Assembly (NCBI GenBank): GCA_000004985.1
Contig: GG738898.1
Reading direction: 5' to 3' (one strand)
DNA length: 64,000 nt
From: Naegleria gruberi
Lineage: Eukaryota
How positions within the stretch are numbered: the first letter of the stretch is position 1; every line of letters starts with the position of its first letter. A program made the position numbers and the translations under genes. Below the pieces are notes generated by a model. It had not been told where the DNA came from. It was given only the letters and a program-made list of their open reading frames with translations, and made no database searches. Positions 24,949-36,994 of the stretch are shown in pieces.

Positions 24949-26116
24949 ATGTTCATCACATGTCTTCCATCAACACACAATTATTTTACAATAAAAAAAA
25001 TGTCTGAAGAAGTAGCCCTCGTTATTGACAATGGTTCTGGAATGTGTAAAGCTGGTTTTTCTGGTGATGATGCTCCTCGTGTAGTGTTTCCTTCTATCAT
25101 CGGTCAACCAAAACACTTGTCAGAAATGTCCGAATTCTACGTTGGAGATGAAGCTCAATCAAAACGAGGTCTATTAAATTTGAGAAATCCAATCAATCAA
25201 GGAATTGTCAATAATTGGGATGATATGGAAAGGATTTGGTTTCATACTTTTTACAATGAATTGAGAGTTGCTCCTGAGGAATATCCAATATTGATGAGTG
25301 AAGTTTCGTTGAATCTCAAGACAAATAGAGAAATGATGTCACAAATCATGTTTGAAAAATTTTGTGTGCCAGCTCTGTATGTTGCTAATAGAGCTGTCTT
25401 GGCATTGTACGCTTCTGGAAAAAGTACTGGAATGATTGTGAATTCTGGAGATTCTGTCACTCATGCCGTTCCTATTTACGAAGGTCATGCTCTGCCATGC
25501 CATTTTGAAAATGGATTTAGGTGGTCGAGATTTAACAAATTATTTAATGAAAATGTTGACAGAAAGAGGATACACTTTCACTAACACTGCTGAAAGAGAA
25601 ATAGTTAGAGATCGTAAAGAAAAGCTCTGTTACCTTGCTCTAGATTTTCAAGAGGAAATGAATTCGGTTGTAAGAGAAGAACCAACCATTGATAGAAAAT
25701 TGTATGATATACCAGAGGGTAATGTTGTCACTCTTGGGAATGAAAGATTCAGATGTCCAGAGATTTTATTCCATCCAAATATGATTGATGTGGAATCTAA
25801 AGTTGGAATTCATGAAATGACTTTCAATTCAATTGGACAATGTGATCCTGATATAAGAAAGGAATTGTTTGGAAATATTTTCTTATCTGGTGGCAATACC
25901 ATGTTTGAGGGAATTACTGACAGAATGAGTAAGGAATTAACTGCTCTCGCTCCAGAATCCTTCAATATTAAGGTGACTGCTCCACCTGAGAGAAAATACT
26001 CAACTTGGATTGGTGGTTCAATGCTTGCACTCAGTTCCACTTTTAAAGATAATTGGATGACAAGGGAGGATTATGAAGAGGTTGGACCAGCCATCATACA
26101 CAGAAAGTGTTTTTAA
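24949..26116 (+). CDS. Divergent actin / actin-related protein, with a 2-nt frame disruption near 25490
   Basis: The likely ATG is at about 25000 ([37 protein letters not shown]…). The actin motifs continue in a second frame ([28 protein letters not shown]…[36 protein letters not shown]). The two frames join if 2 nt are restored at HALP|HAIL. Confidence 0.85.
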
Positions 26117-26386
26117 AATTTAAACACCAAGTTCCCAAAATGTTTTTCATTGGAGTTCATTTTATCTTTTGCCAGCTATTTATAAACATGATGACGAAAT
26201 TTTCGTCATCATTACAAAAAGAATGATGTCAGCGACTCCGAAATTAAATTGCTGATGAAGAAGACACTGAGGGTTTTCATTCAAATAATGCCCATTCATG
26301 AATGATATTCTTGAAAAAAACAAGACAATTTAATTTGCAAACAAGCAATTCAACTAACAACTAACAACAACAATAACTCAACAAAA

Positions 26387-26935
26387 ATGGACTTTTTCAA
26401 AAAGATTGGTCAATTCTTCTCTGGATGGCTCAAAGGTTTATTCGAAAATAAGGAAGCCAAGATTCTATTCCTTGGTTTGGATGCAGCTGGTAAAACTTCA
26501 GCTCTATATAAGATTCAATTAGATGAAAATGTCAGCACCATTCCAACTATTGGTTTCAATGCTGAAGTTATACAATATAAGAAGGTTACTTTCAGAGTGT
26601 TTGATATTGGTGGTCAGGATAAGATTAGAAAGTTATGGAGACACTATTATCAATCGACGAATGCTATCATTTTCATTGTCGATTCTAATGATACTGAGAG
26701 ATTTAAAGAAGCTGCTGAAACCTTACGGGAAGTTATGCAAGATGATCTGTTGAAAGATGCCAAGTTATTGGTGTGGGCTAATAAGCAAGATTTACCAAGA
26801 GCTGCCAATGTTAAAGACATGGTCAATACTTTGAAATTACACGAGATCAAGCAAGAATGGTACATCCAACCATGTAGTGCCCTGTCTGGAAATGGATTAT
26901 TCGAAGGTTTAGATTGGTTATCCAGTAAATTGTAA
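26387..26935 (+). CDS. ARF-family small GTPase (ARL-like; no N-terminal Gly2 myristoylation site)
   Basis: 182 aa with [40 protein letters not shown] and CSALSGNGL. About 80% identical to the paralog at 51338..51874. Confidence 0.9.
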   Translation: MDFFKKIGQFFSGWLKGLFENKEAKILFLGLDAAGKTSALYKIQLDENVSTIPTIGFNAEVIQYKKVTFRVFDIGGQDKIRKLWRHYYQSTNAIIFIVDSNDTERFKEAAETLREVMQDDLLKDAKLLVWANKQDLPRAANVKDMVNTLKLHEIKQEWYIQPCSALSGNGLFEGLDWLSSKL

Positions 26936-26975
26936 ATATCACAATGAATAAAATCATGTCCAATGGAGACACTAT

Positions 26976-27552
26976 TCAAATATCTTCTTTTTCGTCAAGT
27001 AATTCGTGAATTCGAGATCCATCTGTTGACTCACCAACACTCTTATAAACTCCTTCTTTCTTGAGATGATAATACACAAGGCAATTACAACTCCAATAAT
27101 CCACCAGTGAGAGATCCAACGGTTGCTGCATCCAAATTCCAATAATTGAATTTACTGCCAGTTGTTGAAACTTTTGGAACAATGCAATCAGAAAGTGTTG
27201 GCGTAATACGCACGGCACCAGTTCCTTTCGAATAGATAGCATCAACCAGAATGTATATTCATTGGGGCTTCTGATGGATTCACACTGGTTTTTGTTGAGG
27301 TTCCATCCATAAAGAAGTCAAATCCAGAGAATGTTGGTATTGTATTCATTCCAATAAACATCTGGATCAAATGCTGAACGAATGAACAGAATAATCTTTG
27401 CTCTTGAAGGTGAATGACGCATGAAGAACACATCTATTGGAATTGTTTTGTCTAAATTCCACAATAGAATTGTCAATGCTATTTTCAAGAATGGGATTTG
27501 GTTGCCTCTCATAAAGATTGAAAAGATAGTTTCGTTTTGGGGAAGTGGACAA
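26976..27552 (-). CDS. Hypothetical gene fragments (several overlapping short ORFs, hydrophobic segments); structure unresolved
   Basis: Four minus-strand ORFs of 61-89 aa overlap in different frames. This is consistent with a frameshifted or intron-containing gene. I recognised no domain. Confidence 0.2.
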
Positions 27553-28105
27553 ATAATTTAGCCATCTTCATCCAACACGAATAATCTGAATGTAGGATTT
27601 AAATTCATTAATGGAGGAGGGTTTCCAGTCAGGTTAATCTTCAACTCATTTGCTCAATGAAAGGAAGATGATATTATGCCAAAATATTGTACAGTTTGGC
27701 TCTGCTCCAGGATTCTCATCTTCATACACAGCTTTGTAGTTCGACAATATTAATTATGCACTTGTTTCATCAGCTTAAATACTATCCAGTCAAAATTTGA
27801 TGTAGATAAATGAAGGAGTTTTTTAAAGTGGAAAGTTGACAATGTTTGAAAATGAAACTCTTCCACACATTACTCAATATTTTAAATACAACGAGTGTAT
27901 TCTTTCATCAGATACATGTAAGAAAGAAATTGTAAACCCAATTGAACTGCAAGCTCTTCAATTATTGTAAAGTTTACAATAAAAAAAACTCAGCTCGTCC
28001 TTAAAAGTCCGCACGAGCCAAAAAACATTCGCACAAACATAAATTCCCATAAAAGAAACCACATGCCACGTATTCGAAAAATCAAAAACAAAACACAAAA
28101 AAAAA

Positions 28106-28992
28106 ATGTCCACTACTACTATTACTACTACTTCTAAAACTACATCCCGTGTCTGGCTTATTGTTGGTACTTCCACAGGTTTCGGAAGAGAATTTGTCAA
28201 GTCTGTCCTTCATAGAGGTGAAAAGGTTATAGCCACAGCTCGTTCCTTGGACAAGATTCAAGATTTGAAGGAATTGNGTGCTCATACTATGCAACTTGAT
28301 GTTACCTCCGATCAAGGTACATTAAATTTGTTTGCTGAGCAGGCAATTGGAGTGTATGGTCATGTTGATATTCTCATCAATAATGCTGCCTATGTTTTGA
28401 ATGGGACTATTGAGGAGACATGAGGAGATCAACACTTGTTTAATACCAATGTTTTTGGATTGTTGAATACGACACGTGCTATTCTTCCACATTTTCGTGA
28501 AAGAAAGAGTGGAATTATTGTAAATATTCATCCATTGGTGGAATAGCTAGTGTTAAAGTTGGTGGATTGTATTGTGCTACTAAATTTGCTGTGGAAGCAA
28601 TTTCTGAAGCACTCAAAGATGAAGTTGCTCATTTGGGAATTAAGGTTGTCGTTGTTGAACCAGGTTACTTTAGAACTGATTTGCTTTCGTCTAGTAATAT
28701 GAAGGATGCTAAAAAAACTATTTCAGATTATGAACCAATTTACAAGGAAGTTGATTTCCATGCTGTTAATCACAAGCAAAGAGGTGATCCTGTAAAGTTA
28801 TCCGAAAGACTCGTTGATGTTTTGACCCAGAGTGGAGTTGCTGCTGGAAGAGAAATTCCATTCAGAATTCCATTTGGTGTTGATGCTTATCCATTCATTG
28901 AAGGTAAATGTCAAACTGTTTTGAAGGAAATGAAGGAATGGGAAGATGTCATTAAGAGTACTGATCATGATGATGTCACTCCTCAACAATAA
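28106..28992 (+). CDS. Short-chain dehydrogenase/reductase (classical SDR)
   Basis: Carries the TGxxxGxG-like motif VGTSTGFGREF, NNAAY and the YCATK catalytic Tyr-x-x-x-Lys. An in-frame TGA sits at the conserved Trp position (IEET*GDQ) at about 28421. A 1-nt deletion in a T run near 28535 splits the ORF. A single N lies at 28277. Confidence 0.8.
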
Positions 28993-29079
28993 TTGTAAAA
29001 TATTTAACATTTCTAAAATAAAGAGTTGTAGATTCAGCTCTAAATGTTCAAGAAATTGATATAAAGATATATATTTAAG

Positions 29080-31591
29080 TTACAATTTAAAGATTGGCTC
29101 ACCAGGTTTCAAATAACTGGTAAAATGAGAGCCCACCACTGTGTGATAATTCATGAAATTGAGTGATTTCTCTTCGTGTTGTGAATGAGATTTTGTAAGC
29201 AAGTGCTCCAATCTTTCAACTACCTTATCTTCTACACCTGATGATTTATGACTGGAAAGATGGGACAGAATATTATCAACTTGCTCTTGATTGATTCCGT
29301 TTTCTGTTTCGAATATTTGACAAAAATCTGCATTGAATTCGTCCATCTTGGAATTTGCCTTCTTTTGCTCCAATTCGTATAACCATTCATCATCTTGAAC
29401 TTGAGAACGTTTCAACAATTGATAAACAGAGTGAATATGATGATTCTCTGCAAAAATTCTTTCCACTGGTCTGAAAATGAACGATTGTTTCGTAAACTTG
29501 TAAGATGACCAATCACAAACTATTGGAATATCCAAAAAGTTTGAAAATTCATTCAATTCCTTTGCTCTATTTATAACTGAACCAATCATGGCAAAGAAAC
29601 GCATCTGCTTACTTCCCACATTACCCATAATTCCATTTCCTGATGCACCCGATGCGCACATCTTAATTTTCGGTTGGTTATCCTTACTCAATGTTTCGTT
29701 CAAAGAGTTCAGTAAGGTAAGGATCTTGAGGGAAGTTTCCAAAGCAGCTGCTTGAGGATTCTTATCGGTAAAGGTAATAACATATTCATTGTAACTCTTG
29801 ATTTGAAGATCTGCCTTTGAGGTCTTACAGATTGTTGAAATGGAGGTCAATGCTTTGGAAATTAAATTCGAAAGCATACCAGATTCGAATTCATAGGAAT
29901 CTTCATTGAGGTTTGGAACTGTCAAGTAGATAATTGCACATTCCTTCATGGAGAGACCAAGTTTGAATAGATTGTTGGCAATATTTTCCTTCTTGGAAAT
30001 TTTCGAATGGTTTCCACTGCTATGGGACATGTGACTCCTCGATTCCTTTCTTGAGTGGAACGACTCATAAGCATTGTGATGATTGTTATCTTGCTTGTCA
30101 TCTTCAGTTTCAAGCTTGGTCATTTCCAATTGATTCAAAACCGAATCTGGAATAAATGCTCTAATTTCACCCAACCATCTCACAGTTTCAGTTAAACTTG
30201 AATAGATTGCATTGGCTTCCGTGAATATCGAAGATCTTGGTTTGATATTCGCCAAATCCAAAATCTCAATCTTTTTGAAATCTTGTTGTAATTTGATAAA
30301 TGGACTTGCAACTGACCACCCAATAAGAATACTCATTATTACACCAAGTAAACAAACTCCTATAGAAACTCCTATAATAACATAACTACTCATAATAATA
30401 CCATTCTTTACCTCTCTTTCATCAAAAACTAAGGTCATTCTCCATTTTAGGTTAAAAAATATATATGGTGATGAAGAAACCAAGAAACTTTCACCTGCAT
30501 CATTGGTTAATGTTAGTCTAATATCTGTAGTTTCGTTTAAATTGTTATCTTTCTGATGTTGCAAGAGTTTGGTCATGAGTGTTCCAGCTCCTCTTGTGGT
30601 CACATTGGTTGCCTTCATTCTCTTCAAAACAATGTCGGGAATTGTGAGAGAACTACCAATGATATAGTCATTTCCATATTCTGATAGGATGACATATCCC
30701 TTTTCTAGAACTTTGATTGCTGACAAGAATTGAGCAATGGCATCGAGTGAGATGTTGATTTTGGCAAATCCAATTCTATTCTTCTTTCCTGAAGGTAATT
30801 CGGTTCTATTGTAAATTGGGGTTGACCAATAGGTTGATTGAGGTCCATTAATTACTATATTAACAATTTCATTACAATAAAATATTCGAAACTAAACACT
30901 TACCCTTATAAGGAGCTCCAAATGCACCATCTGGATACATCTTCATCAACTCTATAGATTCCAAATAATAATCAGTCTTACCAACAGCATAGGTAATATT
31001 TGTCGAATAAGAATTCGGATTATATAAACCAGTTGTCATATTCGCAGCATACACCACAAAATTTCCTTTTTGTCTCTTCATAGCCAAAGCTAAAGATTTA
31101 GTCTTTACATCTGCTGAAAATGCATAGAGTGCATTATTACCTTGCTCTCCCAAGCAAAAATTTGTAACTGTCACGCCAAATGTCTTAATTCTTTGATAGA
31201 GATAGGTCAATACAGTATCAGCAAAGTCAATGTGATAATTATGATAATCATCTGCTAAACTATCTGCAATGTATTTGGCGGGAATTAATTGACCATTCAT
31301 GAAAGCTTGGATTTTCTCATTCATGTTTGTGATTAAAACGTCAACTTGTTCGAGAGCTGCTGCTTCGTTCATGGTGTAGGCAGCTGACCAAATTGGGATG
31401 GCTGTCATGAGGACAATTAGGACAATGGCAATGATGAGGAATAGTCTGATACTTAGAATAAACTTTAGAAGAAAGTTTCTATTCGAATTGGCTGGTTTGG
31501 CAAAGAGTTCTGCATTAGAATCAGTTTCGTCTTGAAGAATGTCTAGAGATTGACGAGGAGGTTGCTTTTCTTCTGGTGCTATCTTTGTCAT
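29080..31591 (-). CDS. Receptor-type class III nucleotidyl cyclase-like protein: short cytoplasmic N-terminus, TM helix, about 300 aa extracellular sensor domain (CHASE/Cache-like), second TM helix, single cyclase-homology domain; two exons
   Basis: Exons are about 30904..31591 (ATG at 31591) and 29080..30854, with a 49-nt GTAAGT…ATAG intron between them. The cyclase domain has KIKMCASGASGNGIMGNVGSKQMRF…GSVINRAKELNEF (the Asn-Arg pair is present). The positions of the two metal-binding Asp read IYLTVPNL and SYNEY. Confidence 0.65.
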
Positions 31592-32530
31592 TCTATTAAG
31601 TATTCTAAAGGACAGCTATTAGAAAGTTGTTTTTTTTGGTTTAGTTTTTAACGTGTTCATCTGAAAACATCAACTCATTTGAAGGATAAGATGCAACATC
31701 ATGCATCATCGTAATCTCCCAAGAATCAATCAGTTTAGTTCAGTTTCTTATTAATCAATATTGAAATCCAATAATATTGAAATGTCGGTTTGTCCCTGTT
31801 TTGGTTGATAAGTATTCAAAGCCTTTCAAAAGTTGTAAAATCTCTAAACAATTCAAGGAATGGGCTTTGTTAAGTTTATTCAATGTTTCGACTCTAGACA
31901 AAAGCAGGCATACCAAGACCATGTATGGATCACGATTTTTCTTTAAGCACCTTCATTCCTTATAAGTTAACTCGTACTTCTTGCAATATCTCACTACATA
32001 TCAATGTTTATCAAACAAAGTTATTCGAAATATTCAATCTCTATATTTCCCAAATCTTTCATTACATCTCTAACTATTACTAAGCTACATTAAGAAAGAA
32101 GCATTTCTAAACATTGACTTCAATTCGTTGACTTTCTATCCTAATTGTGACTGAAAGTCCACTCATTGAAATACAACTTGCGATCTATACTTGACTCTGC
32201 ACAAACATTATGTTCCAGCAGAGTTGTACACAATTTTGGAAAACAACATTGCCATAACATATGTATCAGTAATAAGGATTGTTTGGTGAGGAGTGAGGAA
32301 TATATGTAAGCGATTCTTTTATTTGGATCCCTATTGCTTACATTCAACATATTTGTAACAGAACTTCATGACACTTTTTACATCATTGCCACCTCATCAC
32401 AATTTTGTAAACACATTCTCCACAACAACAACAACAGATCATCTTTGTCATCATCTTCCGATCAATTAAAAATAAATTCAATAAATTCTTTAGATGATGA
32501 ACTTGTAAATTATTCATAGCAGCAAAAAAA

Positions 32531-34611
32531 ATGTGGAATATAATGGATCATATTTCGAGCGATCAGGCAAAGACCGTCACTGAGAAGGTTATTGATGAGG
32601 AGGATGTTAGTAAATATTCGCATTGGTATTGTAGGGATGAAAGTCTTTTGAAGGAGGATGCGGAATCAAAGCCTAATGAAGAGGCCATCAGAAAAGTACA
32701 AAATTCAATGATTTATTATTTGATCAGAGATGAAGAGACAAAATCGGATGCTGCTGATCAAAAACAACAAGTAGAAACAGAAACTGAAAAGACTAACGAT
32801 GAAAACAATCAAGAAAAGAAAGAAGAAAACAAGGAAAAGAAAGAAGAAAAGATTCCGAATGATTTGTTTGAAATGGAAACAACTCAAGGAGAGGACGATC
32901 TTGTTACGGTCAATTATAATAGATTGGGTCAGAAGGAAGAAGAGTTGGTCTATTTTACCATTCACATTCCAGATATTAAGAAGAAATTGTTGGTTTCTAG
33001 AGAATTACTATTGTTGGAAAGCAAGGTTTTTGAGGGAATGTTGAACAGTGAAATGTTGGAATCAAAATCAAATGAAATGACTCTCCAAAAGGAGCAAGCT
33101 CAAGAAGGTGAAAAATCATCATGTGAATACTTTGATTTGGCTATGGAATTTATTCATGTTGGAAAATTGGGTGTTTCCAAAACTTCATTCAATGAAAATG
33201 TTTCCAATATTATTGAATGGAAAGACTTGTTGGGTTTACTGAGAATTGCTGACGAATATCAAATTGAAAGTTTATCGAGAGCCATTTCAAGAGTTGTAAA
33301 TCAATTCAATGCTCTCACTATTGGAATTACTTGTTTGGAATTTTCAGCTGATTGTAAATCCATCATCTTGCCAAACGTGTGTGATAATTTGGCTTTCAAT
33401 CCAGCTTGCGTTGTATCGGATATGGTTTATTCTGGAATACCAATTGAAACTGCAAACCATGAAGAGGTTAACCAATACTTGGAAGATCCAAAACTTGCAC
33501 TCAAAGAGTATCCATTCCTCGATAGTAATTTAGCTCCTCCAACTTTGCACAAGATTCTTGCAACACCACTTGTGCAACCACTCGCAAAGATTATTATTTC
33601 ACTTCCAATTGAATTATTTGAAGGAATGATGACATCACCTTATTGCGCTCTTAAACAAGATCCAAAGATGGCATTCATTGTTTTGTGGATGCTTCAAGAT
33701 GTTGAGAATAGATATATTGATACTTTTAGATTATTGAAAAGTGTTGATTGGAGCTTGTGTGAAACTGAAATTCTCTACACACTCATCTACTTTGTATTTA
33801 TAGGAATTGGAAAAACATTGCCACAACATAAGAGTATTTGTGGAGAGGCTCACGACATGCTACACATGTCCATGTTTAGAAAAAATAATACTCTTTCTGA
33901 TGAGGATTGGTCAAACTATCTCACCAAATTATTTCCAGAAAGAGAACAAGGCAAAATCAGTCATCTACACAAGGAGTTGAGATTCTTGAATCTTGGAATT
34001 GATGCCTCTGGTAAAACAACACTTCTGTACAAACTTAAATTGGATGAGGTTGTCACAACTGTAAGTAATTTATGAGATTGTAATATTTCTTATAATTTAT
34101 AGATTCCAACCATTGGATTTAATGTAGAAACTGTAGATTATAAGAATGCCAAGATTACCATGGTAAGTTAAAGTATTGATTTTGTTATATTGACTTTAAA
34201 TAGTGGGATGTTGGTGGTGCTTACAAGCTTAGAGCTCTTTGGAGACACTATTACCAAAACACTAATGGCGTAGTTTTCGTTGTGGATTCTAATGATAGAG
34301 ACAGATTGGAGGAAGCAGCTGATGACCTCCACAAATTGGCTAAAGAAGACGAGCTCAAAGATTGTCCAATTTTAATTTTGGCTAACAAGCAAGACCTTCC
34401 AAATGCTATGAGTGTCGCAGAAATAGCAGACAAGATGAAATTAACTTCACTTTCACAAAAGAAATGGTTCATTCAAGCATGTTGCGCTCTGACTGGTGAA
34501 GGATTGTATGAAGGTCTGGAATGGGCTGTTGAATCATGTAATGTGAAACTTGTGAATACTCCAAAGGGTAATCTTCAAAAGTTCTCTCATTTCGGAACTA
34601 TGACATTTTAA
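32531..34611 (+). CDS. Fusion protein: about 510-aa N-terminal region with BTB/POZ-like segment plus C-terminal ARF-like GTPase domain; three exons
   Basis: Exons are 32531..34060, 34103..34162 and 34204..34611, joined by GTAAGT introns of 42 and 41 nt. The GTPase motifs are [44 protein letters not shown] and CALTGEGL. The catalytic Gln of DVGGQ is Ala. Confidence 0.75.
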
Positions 34612-34788
34612 AGAACGCTTAATATATTTACTTTAATTTCTATTTACCGCAATTTATTTCCCCAAGTATCGAATAAGATGAAGTTGAGTTCTTACAAAGG
34701 AAATACTTTATTCTCTCGAAATGATTCGGTCAATATTAACACTAATGTGTACACTAAAAATTGATAATTTTGGATGATATTTCACAAC

Positions 34789-35193
34789 TTAACACCATCT
34801 AACACCTCCAGCACAACCATATCCGGCGCCATAACCATAACCACCATAATAAGGAACAGCTCCATATCCACCATAATATGGAACTCCATAACCTCCATAT
34901 CCACCATAGAATGGCATTGAGTAAGCACTTCCATAATTATTTCCATAACTTGTTGGACCAACATATGAAGATCCATAACTTGAGTATGGATTTGAGTTGA
35001 CAGCATTAATTTGATTCAAATAGGATTGAGTGTTTTGAGCATATTGATTGTAATTTCCTCCAGTGACTCCATAGTTAGAACCAGCACCTCCATATGAACC
35101 ATAATTGTTGCCATAATTGTTGCTATATTGGCAGTTGACCAAGCATGCAGCTAAGAGAAGAGTTGCGACAAGAGCAGTGATGAATTTGTTCAT
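34789..35193 (-). CDS. Secreted low-complexity Gly/Tyr/Asn/Ser-rich protein (structural or cell-wall/spore-coat-like)
   Basis: 134 aa. The N-terminal signal peptide is MNKFITALVATLLLAACLVNC. The rest is YG/GYG/NYG repeats with C-terminal Cys residues. Confidence 0.6.
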   Translation of the reverse strand: MNKFITALVATLLLAACLVNCQYSNNYGNNYGSYGGAGSNYGVTGGNYNQYAQNTQSYLNQINAVNSNPYSSYGSSYVGPTSYGNNYGSAYSMPFYGGYGGYGVPYYGGYGAVPYYGGYGYGAGYGCAGGVRWC

Positions 35194-35507
35194 TGTTTTG
35201 ATTTGTTTTTTATCTGAATTGAATGAGAATGAAAGTTTCTTGGTATTTATATGTTTGGAAAAATTGTTTTGGATGCTAACATCTTGTTTTCTAAATGTAA
35301 ATTGGACAAAATAGGAATGGTTGTTGTGGATTTTGTGTAATTTAGGATGATTTTGAAATGTAAATAGAAATTCGACTAAAATGTAATTATTCGATTAATG
35401 TAATTATCTGATCTTTGCAAATTTTTGATAGAATTATCTTGGTTGTTGCCAATATTTAGAATAATAATCACCACCAATGTCTCAACACTAGAATAAATTT
35501 ATTGAAT

Positions 35508-36020
35508 TTAAATAGTGTTGGAATTATCCTGATTAACTTCTAGTTGATTACTTTCTCTCTTCTTTGAAATGAACAAAGCATTCACAACCAAACAAAACAA
35601 TTCAAAGGACACAATAAAACTTGCAGGAAATCTAATTTCAAAATTATTTCCAAAACCATAGAACACGAAAGGAAAATCTCCAACAAGAATCGAAACAATT
35701 TGAAGAACAGACACACCACTCAATATGAAATAATTAACTCCTTCATGATGGAGAATGTAGAATAGACCAGCCAATAGAACCTTAATTATTAATGCAATAG
35801 TTTGAATGAAATTCTTCTCCTTATCACTTCCCAAAAACGTGTAACATACAAGCATTAGTAGCATGGAAAAAACTAAATATCCACTCTGTGGTAGTCGTTC
35901 TTGTTCCTTAATTTGGTTGCACTCTTGCTGATTGTTGCTAAGACTTGGTAGAGTTTGAGATTGTTCAACGTCTTTTGGATTGTTACTTTCATCAATTGAG
36001 AGCATAGTATTTGTTTGCAT
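35508..36020 (-). CDS. Small multi-pass (about 4 TM) membrane protein, paralog B of a tandem pair
   Basis: 170 aa. Shares the core YxFLGS..EK.FI.TIAL.IK..L…..YFIL.GV…Q.VSILVGD with the downstream paralog. Confidence 0.55.
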   Translation of the reverse strand: MQTNTMLSIDESNNPKDVEQSQTLPSLSNNQQECNQIKEQERLPQSGYLVFSMLLMLVCYTFLGSDKEKNFIQTIALIIKVLLAGLFYILHHEGVNYFILSGVSVLQIVSILVGDFPFVFYGFGNNFEIRFPASFIVSFELFCLVVNALFISKKRESNQLEVNQDNSNTI

Positions 36021-36142
36021 TCTTTTTTAATTATTATCTTTTTTTTATTTGAGGGTTTTGTTAAGAATTTATTCCAAAAGGTTCCATATGAACTTGTTTC
36101 TTCCTATTTAGTATTAATTACGCAGAAGTGAATAAAGTTCAA

Positions 36143-36730
36143 TTAGACTTGCTGTTGAGAAGGAATTGTGTTGTTGGTGTGAGCTATTTGCTTGGTTTCA
36201 CTCCTCTTCTTCTTTATCACCATTACAATGCTCAGTACCAAACTAAACAATTCCAAGGTCATCATTGAATAGATGGGAATGAGAACAGCCGTATCAAAAA
36301 CTCTTTCATTTGGAAAGAACATTATCAAAAACAAGAGTGAATCACCAACAAGAATCGAAACAAACTGAATGGCACACACTCCAATCAAGATGAAATAATT
36401 TCCAAAACTACAGATAATTACGCTCAGAGCAGAAAGTACAAGTTTGATTAACAGTGCAATAGTTCCAATGAATGCCTTCTCCTCAACACTACCCAAAAAC
36501 AAGTACACCACCAATAGAATGAGCATGACTACAACAAGACATGTTTGAATAATCCTCTCTGTGAGAATGTTAGTCAATAGAATCCTTTTCACCTTTTCTG
36601 CTTTGCTCTCTGACTCATGTTGTTGGATTAACAAATCTTCCAGTTGTGATTGAGGATAATGAGCTGCCATACCTCCTTGTGATTGGTCAGTATCTTCTTC
36701 ATCTTGTGAGTGGTTGTTGCTTGTTTGCAT
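36143..36730 (-). CDS. Small multi-pass membrane protein, paralog A of a tandem pair
   Basis: 195 aa. About 50% identical to 35508..36020 across the TM core. Both start MQT(S/N)N and have polar, acidic N-termini. Confidence 0.55.
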   Translation of the reverse strand: MQTSNNHSQDEEDTDQSQGGMAAHYPQSQLEDLLIQQHESESKAEKVKRILLTNILTERIIQTCLVVVMLILLVVYLFLGSVEEKAFIGTIALLIKLVLSALSVIICSFGNYFILIGVCAIQFVSILVGDSLLFLIMFFPNERVFDTAVLIPIYSMMTLELFSLVLSIVMVIKKKRSETKQIAHTNNTIPSQQQV

Positions 36731-36994
36731 TCTTTTTGTACTTTTCTATTATTGAATTGTTCCATAGCATAGAATTTATGAGAGAAGTATATTGGATTGT
36801 TATTAGAAGGGTATGATAAAAATGTATTGGACTCGAAGTATCATTAGTAATTAATGAATCTAAAATGTTTCCATTTGCTCTCTTCTCATAGATCTAGTAT
36901 TTTTAAATACAATAATATTAATTAAATTAAAATTATTAATTAATACAAGTAGCTAAATAATATTGTTCTGGTTTTTTGAATAAAAGATAAAATT

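Noticed and set aside
26650-26979. Antisense ORFs inside ARF genes (26650..26979 -, 51306..51626 +, 34251..34472 -) that resemble each other
   Set aside because: They are opposite-strand shadows of the conserved ARF coding sequences. Their mutual similarity is a by-product of ARF conservation.
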